DNA of 64,000 nucleotides, from contig OZ024742.1 in NCBI GenBank assembly GCA_964016885.1, positions 272,986,001 to 273,050,000 of the forward strand, in the 5' to 3' direction. The position numbers and the translations under genes are program-made. Under the pieces are notes generated by a model, which saw only the letters and a program-made list of their open reading frames with translations, did no database searches and was not told where the DNA came from. The stretch is from Eledone cirrhosa (lineage: Eukaryota). Of the stretch, positions 1 to 13,410 are shown in pieces (the stretch's first letter is position 1; the number at the start of each line of letters is the position of its first letter).

Positions 1-2105
1 AAAAAACATTAGCGTGGTGTGCGTGTTATTGACTTGGCAAAGGAGTACGATCGTAGTACTTCTACAATATGTACTATTTTGAAACAAAAGGATTCAATAA
101 AGGCTATGACACCAGCCAAGTGTGTTAAGATAATTTCTAAGCTCCGGACCTCTGTCCATGCAGAGATGAAAAAGTTGCTGTTGGGGTGGTTGACCGAGAA
201 GCAGCTCGCTGGAGATACCGTAGCCGAGACCATCATCTGTGAGAAGGCACCTGTTATTTATGGAGTTTTGGTGCGGCAGCCGGCGGGATCATCCTCTGAC
301 GAGGCATCGTAAGAGTTATTCAAAGCCAATAGGGGATGGTTTGATAATTTTAAAAAGAGGACTGGCATTCACTCCGTCGTCAAGAATGGTGAGGGTCAAG
401 CTCAGATTTTACGGCAGCTGAAGAATTTACTTCATTTTTTGGTGAACTGGTAGAAGCCGAAGGTTACATCCCCCAGCAAGTCTTTAACTGTGACGAGACA
501 GGGCTATTTTGGAAAAGAGATTCCAATGAGAACGTACATAACAGCAGAAGAGAAGAGCTTGCCAGGTTGATCCTTGCACTGTGTGCAAATGCGAGTGGTG
601 ATTTAAAGATTAAATCGCTGCTCGCATATCACTCGGAAAACCCAAAGGCCTTTAAGAGTTATAAGATTCTTAAAGAAAAACGGCAGGTTATGTGGAGGGC
701 AAACCCAAAGGCATGGGGCACCAGGGAGTTTTTTGTGCGGTGGGTAAAGCTGGTTTTGCTCCTGAAGTCAAGAAGTATCTTTTAGATAATAACCTGCCCC
801 TGAAAGCCCTACTCGTCCTACATAATGCTCCAGGACACCCACCAAATCTCGAGGATGACATGTTTGAATAATTCAAGTTTATTAAGGTCTTGTACCTTCC
901 AACCAACACCACCCCTAAACTTCATCCCAGGTGATTTCGAATTTTAAAAAGCTCTTCACCAAGCATCTCTTCCGGCGCTCCTTTGAGGTTATGAAAAACA
1001 CAAACCTCACCCTTCGAGAGTTCTGGAAAGAACATTACACTATCGTAGCCTGCTCAAAATTATAGACATGGCCTGGCATGGAAGAAGCTGTGGCCCGAGG
1101 TTGTGTCCGAAAGGGACTTTGAAGAATTCGAACCCGAACCCGAAGAGTTAGTGGAGGAGGAGATCGTGTCCATCGGAAAATCCATGGGCCTGGAAGTGTA
1201 CGAAGGAGACACTAACGACCTCATCGAAGAGCACAATGAGGAATTGACAACGGAGGAATTAAAGGAGCTACAGGACCAGCTGCATATAGAGATTTGGCAG
1301 GAAATTAATGAGGGGCCACAGTTAGAGGAGGTAGTAATCCCTTCAAGTGAAATTAAAGAAATGTTGGGAATTTGGGAGAAACTTAATGATTTTATTGACA
1401 AAAATCATACAGAATAATTTGGAACAAGTCGTGCGTCGGCACTGTTTAACGACACTTGCCTCACTCATTTCAGAAACATTTTAAAATGGAGGCAGAAACA
1501 AACCTCCTTGGATAGGGTTTTACTGAAACGCCCTCAAAGCGAATGCGAGGAAAGTATGGCCCAAAAGCCAAAAGTCAGTGAAGATGATAATGACAGTAAG
1601 AGAAATACCGTACGGTACGAAAAGAAAAAGAAAGTAAAAAACAAATAGCAATTAAGTTTAGCGATTAAGTGTAGCATAGTGTGTAAGTTAAATTTAGCAA
1701 TAAAAAATAGCATTAGTGAGTAAGTCAAGTTAAGAGATAGAGTGCAAAACAAAAAATATTTACAGCCTCCCCCGTCATTCTCCTCCACCTCTGCCAATCT
1801 CCTCCACCACCGCCATCTTTTCGTCTGATCTTGAAGGTAAATACACTTAATAAATTCAGTTTATTTCTTTACATTCTCTTTTTTTATGTTCTTATTATTT
1901 CATTATACATTATTTGTTATTTATAAAGTATATTTTGCTTATTAACAACACGTAACATAAATAAATTGGTGTGGTTTTGGGGGGTCAGAACGGATTAATA
2001 GCATTTCAGTTAATTTCAATGGGGAAAATTGATTTAAGATACGAGTAAATTGAGTTACCAGCTCGGTCACGGAACGAATTAAACTCGTATCTCAAGGTAT
2101 CACTG
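1..2105 (+). mobile_element. Tigger/pogo-family DNA transposon, decayed transposase, right end intact (left end outside window)
   Basis: Frameshifted CENP-B HTH-like (RVIDLAKEYDRSTSTICTILKQK; FKANRGWFDNFKKR) and DDE pieces (QQVFNCDETGLFWK, LCANASGDLKIK, YLPTNTT). Ends ...GAGTTACCAGCTCGGTCACGGAACGAATTAAACTCGTATCTCAAGGTATCACTG then TA (2106-2107), a typical Tigger TIR plus TA target site. Confidence 0.9.
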
Positions 2106-2826
2106 TATCTATATAGGTTGTTCTTGAGTTCAAATCGCCAAGAAAAATGCGATTTATAGTTTGGGTTCCTTCTGTAATTACGCTGAAGTATCAAATGATG
2201 GCATTACGCGAAATCAAGTTGCAGCCATCATCATCATCATGTATATATGTATTCATTTATGTAATTAACTAATTATGGATGAGTGGATGGAAGAATGGTT
2301 ATTCTTGGTTTGAATTCTTCTAATGATTTAATTCAAACAAATTTTCCCCTCGTGAAAATATGTTCAAAATAATCGACTGTACCCATAATCCCAATGTGAT
2401 GCCTTGTGTAGAGGTCAGAAATCAATATATGTTTCCGATTTACTTTCGATGCTGATCAAAATTAAAATATGGAATGAAAATAGAAATCCTGATCGTTGGT
2501 GGTTTGGCTTGCATTTCGAATTTCAATTGTAACTGCTTGATATTCCAAGAAGCAATTGTTTGCATTGATTTGTCTCAATGCATTATTGTTATAATTTCAT
2601 TTCTTCTGATTTCCTTTCTGTTCTTTGTCTTTCACTTAAATTTATATCATTTGCCTGAAGCCATAACATGCCGATCTGTCTTTATTCTAATGACAAGGGA
2701 TTGATTCTGACGTCTATTCATCTCTGTAATGAATCTTTAGAATTGATGATTCAGAAAGTTCTTCTCTTTTGTAGTGCACGAACTGCGGGTTTAAAAGCAA
2801 ATCTACTTAGAAAAGTGTCAAGTATT

Positions 2827-2897
<71 letters not shown>

Positions 2898-4449
2898 CTC
2901 TCACTCTCTTTATCTCTCTTCATCTCTCCCTCTCTGTGTATCTTTCTGTATCTCCCTCCCCTCTCTCTATCTCTGTCTCTATTTCATTCTGCTCGGCCTT
3001 ACCTACCTCGTAATGTATCCTTTACACTTAACAATGTATCTATTGTTATATCACTAACCATCTCGCTATCTGAGATTGCTCTAATTCTGACTAATCATCT
3101 TTTTTTGGAGTATCGAACACTCTCCTGACATTTAATTTGAAAAACACTCCTATATATAATAATCTGTTACTCATCGCCACAAATTGTCTTCAATTTTATC
3201 AACACGGAAGGGATTGTTTCAAAGTTCTACATTTACACTACAACTCTAATAAAAATATCAATACAGTTACTCGTCGAGGTCCAGTTCTCTGGTGACATCA
3301 TACTATCAATTATATCGATTACGTTTTTATCATGGTAGTAGGCGCCAAAATGAATTCCTTATGCGCATTAATGTGATTAAACAATATAGCATAATTTTGC
3401 AGTAGAATTGACAATCAGCAGATAAAAAAACAAACGATCCAATGGGAATACTTCATATAAAGCAATGCAAATGGCATTTGATTGGGGAGTTCGCTTTACA
3501 ACAACGTTGATTTGAGTTAAGCACCAGGTATTTTATCTTCATCTGGAAAATGCTTCAAGAGTAGACGATTGTGTATATGTGCGTGCATGTGCATGCATGT
3601 TCCTGTGTGCGTGTGCGGGATAAATATGCCCTATCTAAAGCGAGCTAAGCTTGAGAACATAATTGCCATATCTGAAAAAGATCCCTATTCTGCACAGTAC
3701 TATACCGTGATCTGTGATTAACTAATCGAGAATATATATTGCTTGCTTCTGTATTGTTTTGTTTTCTGCAGGTTATACTGACGATGTTTCCATGCATAAG
3801 ATATGGAACTACTATTCGTCTACCTTGAAAACAAAATATTTGTATAAATATTAGGTAATCATAAGTATTCTGGCAGGAATAGATATATTTTAAAGAACGT
3901 CGATCGTTGCTATCAGTGAAAACAAAACACTTTTCAAAAAGTGTGAAAGGTGCATAGAACGTCAAATATTAACCAAACAGTTTATACAAAGCAGTTGCAT
4001 ATTCGGATAAACTGATCCTAATTATATAATGCAACATAAACTTTGGAATCAGTAAGCCTACAATACGTTTGGCCAGAAAACTTATCAGGAAAAAAATACC
4101 AAAATTTCCCTTACTGACTTTTCTGTAAATAAATGGGCAAGAGCGGTTGTGTAATGTCTAAACAGGCAGATTCTTAAATAGAAGAATCTATCAGAATCCT
4201 CATGAATACAAAGGGTAGGTTAAGACAGATGATTTCACGTAAATTTAAAATTACGTCAAAAGTAAATGAAAAATAAAAATCGATACACAAAACAACAATT
4301 GAAATTATTGAAATTCTTTATGAACTGTTTTGAGAGAAATTTCCTTCAATAGCGATGATTACAATTTCAAATAAAATATTACTTCAAAGATTATCACCAG
4401 AAATAGCCGACGAAACGGCTTGAGCTCTGCCGTCGGGATTAAACATTTT

Positions 4450-4494
<45 letters not shown>

Positions 4495-4794
4495 TGTATA
4501 TAAATAGAAATTATATATAGAGAGAGATATAGATATATACATGAGCGTAAGAGAAACATGTAACTATGGATACATATTTTAACATATATTTTAAGAATGT
4601 GAATCTAATTATATTGGTTATATAGAAAAATGTATTGTAGTGTAGTAAATTATAAGCTAAACATGTATATGGTTAATAATTATTGTAATTACACGTTTAG
4701 ATGTGTAGCTTATAATTTACTACACTATCATACAGTTTTATATATATTATATAAACATCCAGATGCTATAATTTTCAGCACAGAAAGGGGAGTC

Positions 4795-4970
4795 CGTCGT
4801 TTTGATAAATGCCAAACGGCGAGAAACAGACTGTCAGCTTCTCTCCCTACCTTTGCCGAAAGTAAGAAAGTGGCATAGTCACTATTTTACAACTGATAGC
4901 AAATGGTCTTCTAAACGTGTTTAATTAAACATAGGGTATATTGCCAAATATACTATACATACATTCATAT
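4795..4970 (+). repeat. Repeat family R (pLTR-like remnant) with decayed hammerhead motif
   Basis: Homologous to 21311-21650 and the reverse complement of 63230-63420. Reads TTGATAA-atgccaaacggcga-GAAA-cagactg-TC-agc at 4802-4838. Confidence 0.6.
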
Positions 4971-6232
4971 ATATATATATATTTCGATTCTGAATTTGTG
5001 TTGAGAACATAGAAATTTGTGTTGAGAACATAGAAAGTTGTGTTGAGAACATAGAAATAAAAATAGAATCTACACACAGAAAAGACGCAATGTTTAGACA
5101 AATCACAGAGGCAATAAACATAAATGAACTCCAACCAAAATTAAATAGAAAACATGAATGGAATAGGAACATCACAACTTACAAGTAAGGACAAAATGAA
5201 AACGCACACACACATAGAACAAACAACCAACCAGTAACATGTAAATAAACAAATAAATAAACAAATAAAAACACACACAGACACCCGGATGTAACATGTG
5301 CAAACTAAGTACACAACACACACAAAAACAATATGGCGTAGGACAGAACAATGGAGAGGTACAAAACAAAGAAAATAATCCCCAGTCACTGAAGAGGTCA
5401 CATAACGGGTGACAAAAGAACTTTGACAATATATAAACAACTGTCCGGTAATGGAACCAACCAACCAAACGGAAATTTATAAATACTTAAATTCGGAAAT
5501 TTAATTTATAATAAATTGGAGTAAAAGCAACTGGTGCCTGTGTTTCTTATTGGCAACATGATCCTCCCAAACAAGGTTTTTCTAAGTTTTTTAAAAATCT
5601 ATTCGTTACACATTTAATATATACTGTGATTTTCGTATATAATACAGTTGCAGGTGTGTGTATGATTGTTGTGTGCGTATACGAGCACATATGTATTGCG
5701 CTTGCGCGTACCATGGACTATGGATGCTCGTGTGTGTGTCTATAGGCTGAGATGGCTGTGGCAACGCGCGGGCGTTTCACTCATACAATCCCTTACCTCC
5801 TACAGCAGTAATTCCGCTAAAATGACCAATTTTGATTGACAGGTGACATATGGATGGAACGAGGAAAAAGGACGGCCATGAGTGGTCAGAAATACCGATG
5901 ACGTGTACAATGCTTGACCACTCATCGACCGACAACAACAGAATAGAAGCTGGCAAGCGAACGCCGGCGGGATAAACAGGACATTCGAAAACACTTCTTC
6001 GAGGGATTGAGACGTATCTGAAGAACTTGCGATTTCAGAGTCAGTTTCAATCATCGCATCGATCGTGCCTCGAGCTGGTCACCAGAGAAACGATTGTAAT
6101 ATGTCTCATAAATTTTAATTCGGCGCACCACTGATTCTCGGTTTCTTATGTCATATTATACTCTGCTCTATAAGAGCATCGTGTGCTCAAACGGCCTACC
6201 GCTACGGACGCATTCAGCATCCCACGCCAATT

Positions 6233-6278
<46 letters not shown>

Positions 6279-6344
6279 GAGAAATAAATTAAAAGGGAAA
6301 CATATATATATTTCTCTTCCTTATAATCGTCTTTTTCTCCCTAT

Positions 6345-6421
<77 letters not shown>

Positions 6422-6824
6422 GAAGTTATATTTAATTTGTTGGGATTCCAACAAATTAAAAAATTGTATAACTGATATAGAGCACTCAACTGTTTACTGG
6501 ATTACTGGAGTTAATATACAATATATTAAAAAATGGAAACTATATTTATAAAACCATAATTATTTTATTATATATAATTCAAGAGCAACCAAGGCAGTGT
6601 TGGTGCGCTCCCATCAGATAAAATACAATATGTGTTTCATAAATAGTGACATAACAGTGGAAAACAACCTTGACGGTTGAAAATTCGCTTGATAGTGACC
6701 GTTTTTATTGGCGGTAATTTAAAGTTATGTGTGAATATGCAAATAAATGTCCAAAAAATTGAAAAAAAACAACCGTTTATTTAAATTACGCTGTGGGGAA
6801 AAAGAGAGAGAAAACAGATGAGAG

Positions 6825-7040
6825 AGAAAAGAAAAGAAAAGAAAAGAAAAGAAAAAAAGAAAAGAAAAGAAAAGAAAAGAAAGGAAAAGAAAAGAAAGGA
6901 AAGGAAAGGAAAGGAAAGGAAAGGAAAGGAAAGGAAAGGAAAGGAAAGGAAAGAAAATGAAAGGAAAGGAAAGTAAAGGAAAGGAAAGGAAAAGAAAAGA
7001 AAGGAAAATAAAATAAAAGAAAAGAAAAGAAAAGAAAATA
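6825..7040. repeat. (AAAAG)n/(AAAGG)n pentanucleotide microsatellite
   Basis: Directly visible tandem repeat. Confidence 0.95.
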
Positions 7041-7286
7041 TTAGTATATGTCGAAGTAGAGTGAAGAAATAACGTGAAGAGGCTTATCCGAGGATGAGTT
7101 CATATGACGTAAATAAGTATTATGTTTATGTTACATATATTTACATACATTTATGTTACGTATATTTACTAATAATTGTTAGAATTCTATTATAATAAAT
7201 ATTTATTTACTATTATAAGTATATAGAAAATTACATATATGGAAAAAATAAAGATATCTTAAAAATAAAGATATATTAAAATATAT

Positions 7287-9555
7287 TAGGATATATTAAA
7301 ATATATCAAAATATATTAAAATATATTAAAATTAGATTTAAATAAGTATGAAGTAGAAGCATAGGATAAAATGTCGATATAAGAATAGATATAAGGATAG
7401 ATATATGAGTGGATAGATGGGTATATCATGTTATAGATGATAAATTAAGAGGGATACTAGTTTATATTTAGTGTAAGTATTTAAATTAAATTAAATTAAA
7501 TTAACTGAGTCAATAAGATTACTTATATGTTTTAATGTTTTACATTGGAAAATATTGAAAATCCCAGTTTCGTTTATATATTAGTTATTATGAGATAATG
7601 TTGACAAAGATATGTTTAAAGATATATTTAGCCAGATTTATTGGTTATAACTCTAATATTAAATAATTACAAAAAATTAACAAAAATTAAAAAATTGCTT
7701 AAATGTATAAGAAAATACTAAAACCATTTAAAAATTAAGACTATAAAATATTAACAATTCTAGACAAAATTCTTGAAATTTCCTGGAAAAACTTTCCAAG
7801 AGATTTTTGAAATATCTCAAAAAAACTCCGAAGGTACTCAAAAACCTTTTAAAAAAACATTAAAAAAGTGTTTAAAATTAATTAAAAACCTAAAATTATT
7901 CAAAAATATAAAGAAATATTTAGAAATATTTAAAAATACTTTTAAATATTTAAGAATATTTTAAAATATTACAAAAATACTAAAAAATATATTAAAAATA
8001 TTAAGTTGACCCCAAAAATAGTTTCTTTGGAAATGAGTAATTTTTTTTTTAAATTTAAAGTAATTTTTCTTAAAAGATTATGAGATATTTTGGAAGTAAG
8101 ATAAATAAAGATAAAAAATAAAGATATTTAAGAAGTAAAAATATTAAAAAGTAAAGATTTAAGAAGTAAATAATATATATTTAAGAAGTAAAAGATATTA
8201 AAATTAGAATTACATTAAATTAAAATTTAAAGATTTAGAATTTATGAACATATATGCATATATTTTAAGAAATGAGATTATAGGTGTTTGGGTAAAGTAA
8301 ACATTATGTAGAGAAGATTAAATGTGTAATTATATTTCATATATAGATCTAAATGTTGAGCTTTGGCGATGTTTACAAGAACTAAATAAATTGTTACGTA
8401 AATTAATTTACATTTAAAGATTTAGAATTTATGAACATATATGCATATAATTTAAGAAATGAGATTATAGGTGTTTGGGTAAAGTAAACATTATGTAGAG
8501 AAGATTAAACGTGTAATTATATTTTATATATAGATCTAAAAGTTGAGTTTTGGCGATGTTTACAAGAACTAAATAAATTGTTACGTAAATTAATGGAGTT
8601 CTTACATTTAAGTATGAAGAACATTTCTTCAACACGCACATTGCAAAATGTGGATAAAGTTGTGTTACCGTAAGCAGGTGCTTTGAAATGATGTTCCAAG
8701 ATAAAGAATAGTCTCTATATTTGGATTTTAAGTTCCATATCAAGTTGGAAAGACAAGTTGAAGATTCTTTACCAATATTATTAAACGAGTATTTCTGGTT
8801 ATTGAAACGAGATTTAAAGGCTGTAGAAGTTCAGCCAACATAGTTTAAAATATTATCATTGCTTTTGACATTGCATTTATAGACCACATTTTTAACTAAA
8901 CAGTTAAAAGACAGTTAGATTTAATTCTACAATTACATTTGTCAGAGTATTTTAGAGTATTTTAGTATTTATCAGTGTATTTTAGTATTTTTCTAATATT
9001 TTTAAATATTTTAAAATATTTTAAAGTATTTTTAAATATTTCTTAATATTTCTTCATATTTTTTAATAAATTTGGGTTTTTAATTATATTTCCTGAATAA
9101 TGTTAGATTTTCAATTAATTTTACACACTTTTTTAATGTTTTTTAAAAGGTTTTTGAGTATCTTCAGAGTCCTTTTGAGATCTTTTAAAAATCTCTTGGA
9201 AAGATTTTCCAGGAATTTTGAAGAATTTTGTCTAGAATTTTTCTAATTTTATAGTTTTAATTTTTAAATGGTTTTAATATTTTCTTATACTTTTAATTAA
9301 TTTTTTTATATTTTGTAATTTTTAGTAATTATTTAATATTAGAGTATAACCAATAACTAACTCTGGCTAAATATATCTTTAAACATATCTTTGTTAAAAT
9401 GAGCTCATAATAACTAATAAATAAACAAAACTGTGATTTTCAATATTTTTCCAATGTAAAACTTTAAAACATATAAGTAATCTTATTGACTCAGTTAATT
9501 TAATTTAATTTAATTTAAATACTTAATATATTTTGATATATTTTAATATATCCTA
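7287..9555 (-). mobile_element. Decayed Naiad-type PLE remnant (thumb + GIY-YIG end) with inverted duplicate of its 5' part
   Basis: Minus strand 8945-8540 gives KCNCRIKSNC..VKNVVYKC..YVG.TSTAFKSRF..IWNLK..WNII..FCNVRVEE..NLRNNLFSSCKHR. 7474-7990 is the reverse complement of about 8980-9525. About 187-bp tandem duplicate at 8225-8407/8412-8594. Confidence 0.8.
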
Positions 9556-9676
9556 TATATATAATACTGAGTTCCTCAGTTAAATAACAACCCAACAAGG
9601 AATTGGGCATATCAGAGTATCGACAATGTTATACACCTAGACAACATATGTACTTGTCTATACCATACTAATTCAA

Positions 9677-9731
9677 ACTGCCTGAAGAGGTCACAGCCAA
9701 AGATAGCTGTCACTGAAATATATATAGCAGT
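9677..9731 (+). ncRNA. Type I minimal hammerhead ribozyme motif, intact core
   Basis: actgc-CTGAAGA-ggtcacagccaaagatagctgtcact-GAAA-tatata-TA-gcagt. Helix I actgc/gcagt is perfect, helix II ggt.acagc/gctgt.act, helix III the palindrome ATATATAT; AATAAA follows. Confidence 0.8.
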
Positions 9732-10039
9732 AATAAACGAAGCTAAATTTTAATCATTTGACTTTTATTTAACTTTATTTTATATATATATATATGTATT
9801 TTTACATACACATACACACACATATACATACATATACATACACACACATATTCATACGTACAAATACAGTTATACAAACCGAAAAGCCAAGTAGGCAAAT
9901 AGTACTTTAAGACCGACCGAAAGAAGGCGTGAGTTGGGGTTGGGTGTGTGGTGGGATGGAGGAAGAAGGGGTACTATGTCGAGTAAAGTGTTTTTTTAAA
10001 CTATCTTTCTGGGGTAAGATTTGGTGTGTAGGATTTATA

Positions 10040-10170
10040 CGTTGAATAGATTTTGTGCATGCAATTCGGATAGTGTTCATGGAATTTGTTCAATGTCGGG
10101 CAGGCTGTTGGCAAATAGCATTTCATAGCTCTCCAAGATGCAAAGGTCGCAGGCGTTAGCCCTCATATCA
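10040..10170 (-). pseudogene. Naiad PLE C-terminal fragment
   Basis: ANACDLCILESYEMLF, then after a frameshift LNKFHEHYPNCMHK; matches the CxLCxxE...LN...CxH tail of the intact ORFs in this window. Confidence 0.6.
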
Positions 10171-10290
10171 CCAGAAAACGTATAAATACCACCATATATC
10201 ATTGACAGATGGTTTTCCTTATGAATTCCTACGAATGGCGCAGCTCTAGTCTTGTAGAAGCCATTTCTATATTAAATATTATATCCATTC

Positions 10291-10364
<74 letters not shown>

Positions 10365-10780
10365 TAAATTTCTTTAAGTCGCTTGGAAGCCTCGACAATG
10401 CAGATGGGTAAATCTCCCGGTAACAAGATCCAGTGGTGGATCGAGAGATGTAAGTGGGTGTACGTGGAGATGCGTGGCGTGTATAAGACTGTAGCGTGTA
10501 GAGGAATGAAGGAAAGAGCGTAAAGGATAAAAATAAAAACACGAAATAGAGGTACCTTTGGAGAGATTTAATTGTTCCTATATATTTCGGATTCACATCC
10601 GTCAACTGGGTTTTTTCCGGTGGGGGTCTGTCGGAAAGGTGCGAAACGTGGCCTCCGCTGTTTGTTATTTTGAATATCTGAGGTATTCAGCAGAGCGCGC
10701 GTGCGCGTGAAATGGGGTCGGTCAGGCAAAGGTCAGCGGCCGAAGTAGTACTTTCAATTTGGGAGTGGGGTGGCGCTAGC

Positions 10781-10874
10781 CTCTTCTTCTTCTTCTTCTT
10801 CTTCTTCTTCTTCTTCTTCTTCTTCTTCTTCTTCTTCTTCTTCTTCTTCTTCTTCTTCTTCTTCTTCTTCTTCT
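10781..10874. repeat. (TTC)n microsatellite
   Basis: Directly visible. Confidence 0.95.
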
Positions 10875-11359
10875 CACTTATATGCTTACCATTCTCCCAC
10901 AACCTGTCATTATTGTCGTCATTGTACTAGCCGACCCTCGAATTCCTGTTAACCACTTAACAACAGCTTCTCCCGTCACCCTAAACTTTTTCGCTTTCAT
11001 TCTTCCCAATTTTGATATTTATAATTTCATCTGGAGAAATTTTTATTCCCTTTTCATTTACAATTCTTTTCAATTCAACACTTCTGCAATATTTAAAAGC
11101 ACTATTCACCATCTACCCTCTCACGAATTCCGCCCACCCACGGTAACCTAATAATATGTATATAAAACAAATACGGGACATCTGTCAACAGTTTGGAAGG
11201 GACCACCCATGTATATTCTCATATCTGAAGAATTGTCGATCAATAGTCGGGATCCGATCACATGATGATCACCGAAATGATCGATATTGGAAAGGGAAAT
11301 GTTATAAAGTTTACAAAAAGCTGCAATACTTATTGTCACTTTATATATATATATATCTT

Positions 11360-12277
11360 CAACTCACTCACTCTCTGTTTTTCCCCTTCTCTCACTTCCT
11401 CCCGTTTGGTTAATAGTGGGCCTCTTCTTGCTTACATCTCACTCTGGTCGGACGTCTGTACATTTCGCTCATGAAATCCACCCAGTTTATGCTGACCAGG
11501 ACTAACGTTTTGCTTGTTTATTTCCTTTCTTTGGTTTGTTTTTATCCTTCTATGTTGTTCACTTGTCCCCCTCGCTTTACGCGATTACTGGCCCCAATAA
11601 CTTTTTTTAGATTATTGCTCGCACCTACCTGAGGTATCTGATTTTTAATGCGATGTAATATCAATGATGGTTGGGAAATCACTGACGAAGGACTAATTTT
11701 ATCATATGTAACCCATGTGCAAACCACGCAGTATTCTTCTTTCTTCTCATGTTTTTTATATATATTTACCTCGGGCTGCGTCTGTCTGTTTATATCTTAC
11801 TGCTTCTCCGCTCTCTCTGTTTCTCTCACCTTCTCCCCCCCTCCCCTCTGTCAATTACACTTTCTCTCGAGAGACCGCTTCCTCGCACTTCCACTCACTC
11901 ACTCTCTGTTTCTCCCCTTCTCACTTCCTCCCGTTTGGCTAACAGTGGGCCTCTTCTTGCTTACATCTCACTCAGGCCGGACGTCTGTACTTTTCGCTCA
12001 TGAAATCCACCCAGATTATGCAGACCAAGACTACCATGTTGCTTGTTTATTTCCTTTCTTTGGTTTTGTTTTATCCTTCTATGTTGTTCACTTGTTCCCC
12101 TCGCTTTACACGATTACTGGTCCCAATAACTTTTTTTAGATTATTGCTCGCACCAACCTGAGGTATCTGATTTTTAATGCGATGAAATACCAATGATGGT
12201 TGGAAAATCACTGACGAAGGACTATTTTTATCATATGTAACCCATGTGCAAACCACGCAGTATTCTTCTTTCTTCTC

Positions 12278-12285
<8 letters not shown>
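11360..12285 (+). repeat. Repeat family A, about 545-bp non-coding unit in tandem (1.7 copies); further copies 14200-14780 and 16640-17216
   Basis: Units share cccaataac...tattgctcgcacc..cctgaggtatctgatttttaatgcgatg...aaatcaCTGACGAaggac. Diverged homolog on the minus strand at 27370-28152. Confidence 0.85.
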
Positions 12286-12332
<47 letters not shown>

Positions 12333-12338
<6 letters not shown>

Positions 12339-12490
12339 ATGCTTTGGGAGGGTCATGTTGCCAATAAGAAACACACGTCCCAGTTGCTTTCACTCCAATT
12401 TATTATGAATTAAATTTATAATAAATTGAAGTGAAAGCGCTGGTGCGTGTGTTTCTTGTTGGCAACATGACCCTCCCAAAGCATAACAAT
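12333..12490. repeat. About 158-bp near-perfect palindrome (second copy about 14824-14982; half copy about 5500-5572)
   Basis: attgttatgctttgggagggtcatgttgccaa... pairs with ...ttggcaacatgaccctcccaaagcataacaat. Confidence 0.9.
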
Positions 12491-12547
12491 ATCGGTTTCA
12501 ACACATGTTTTAAGATAAAGAATCTTGCTAAACAAATTCAGAAAACG

Positions 12548-12619
<72 letters not shown>

Positions 12620-12632
<13 letters not shown>

Positions 12633-13410
12633 TGATGTTGTCTGTGTGTGTGTGTCCTCATTTTTGCAAAGTGTATATAAATTCACATTTCTACTCCGAT
12701 TCACTTCAAACTTGCATTTATATATTCCTTGCGGTTTAAAGATATTAACTGCAGCTTTTATTTTTCAATTTTCTGCTGTTAAAGGAGTGTTAGGCACTGG
12801 TTATCCATCTCTGTCGAGCCCTTATAATATCCGCCTGTATGTCTGCTGTCTGCATAACGATAGTCTGACGACACGTCATTGCTGACATATTATCTTCGCT
12901 ACATTCCACACACACACACACACATATTCTACATAAATATTGGTTTGCTGGTTGCACGAAAACTTCACACACACATACACACACACACACATATATACAT
13001 ATACATCTAAAGAGAAAAAGGGAGATGTAGAGAGAGAAAGAGAGTGAGATAGATCGTTATACAGAGATATGTACAAATATTCAGATAGAGAGAGAGAATG
13101 GCGACGAATGCTGGTTCACACAAACACACACAAACACATATGTATATATATAAAACAGATATTGTCTGTGTGTCCTCATTTTTGCAAAGTCTATACAAAT
13201 CCACATTTCTACACCAATTGACTTCAAACTTGCATTTATATATACCTTGCAGTCTAAAGATATTAACCGCCGCTTTTTTTTTCAATGTTCTGTTGTTAAA
13301 GGGTGTTAGGCGCCGGTTATCCATCTCCGTCGCAATCTTATAATATGTGTCTGTATGCCTGGCTGTCTGTATAACGTCCTTCTGAGATATTTTCTTTCGC
13401 TACAGTCACA
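12620..13410 (+). mobile_element. Two Helitron-like 5' terminal segments (repeated at about 15065-15860)
   Basis: tatatataaaac..gat.ttgtctgtgtgt...cc.att.acttcaaacttg occurs twice (about 12620 and 13143) and resembles invertebrate Helitron 5' ends. No CTAG end is seen nearby. Confidence 0.4.

Noticed and set aside
3755-3860. Polypyrimidine-CAG acceptor and possible short exon (a similar candidate lies near 60310-60420, minus)
   Set aside because: Frames close quickly, no homology recognised, and such signals are common by chance.
4995-5060. Three 21-bp direct repeats (ttgtgttgagaacatagaaa)
   Set aside because: Contiguous minisatellite without spacers; not CRISPR.
5385-5427. gtca-CTGAAGA-g-gtcac..gtgac-aaaa-gaac-tt-tgac HHR-like motif
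   Set aside because: GAAA is missing and helix III is not palindromic; too decayed to call.
5790-6100. GC-richer block with a GTAAG donor-like site on the minus strand
   Set aside because: No recognisable protein in any frame and no clear acceptor.
10622-10656. CTGTCGG...GAAAcgTG hammerhead-like string (also 4407-4440, 11225-11290, 62072-62170)
   Set aside because: Multiple core mismatches or unpaired helices.
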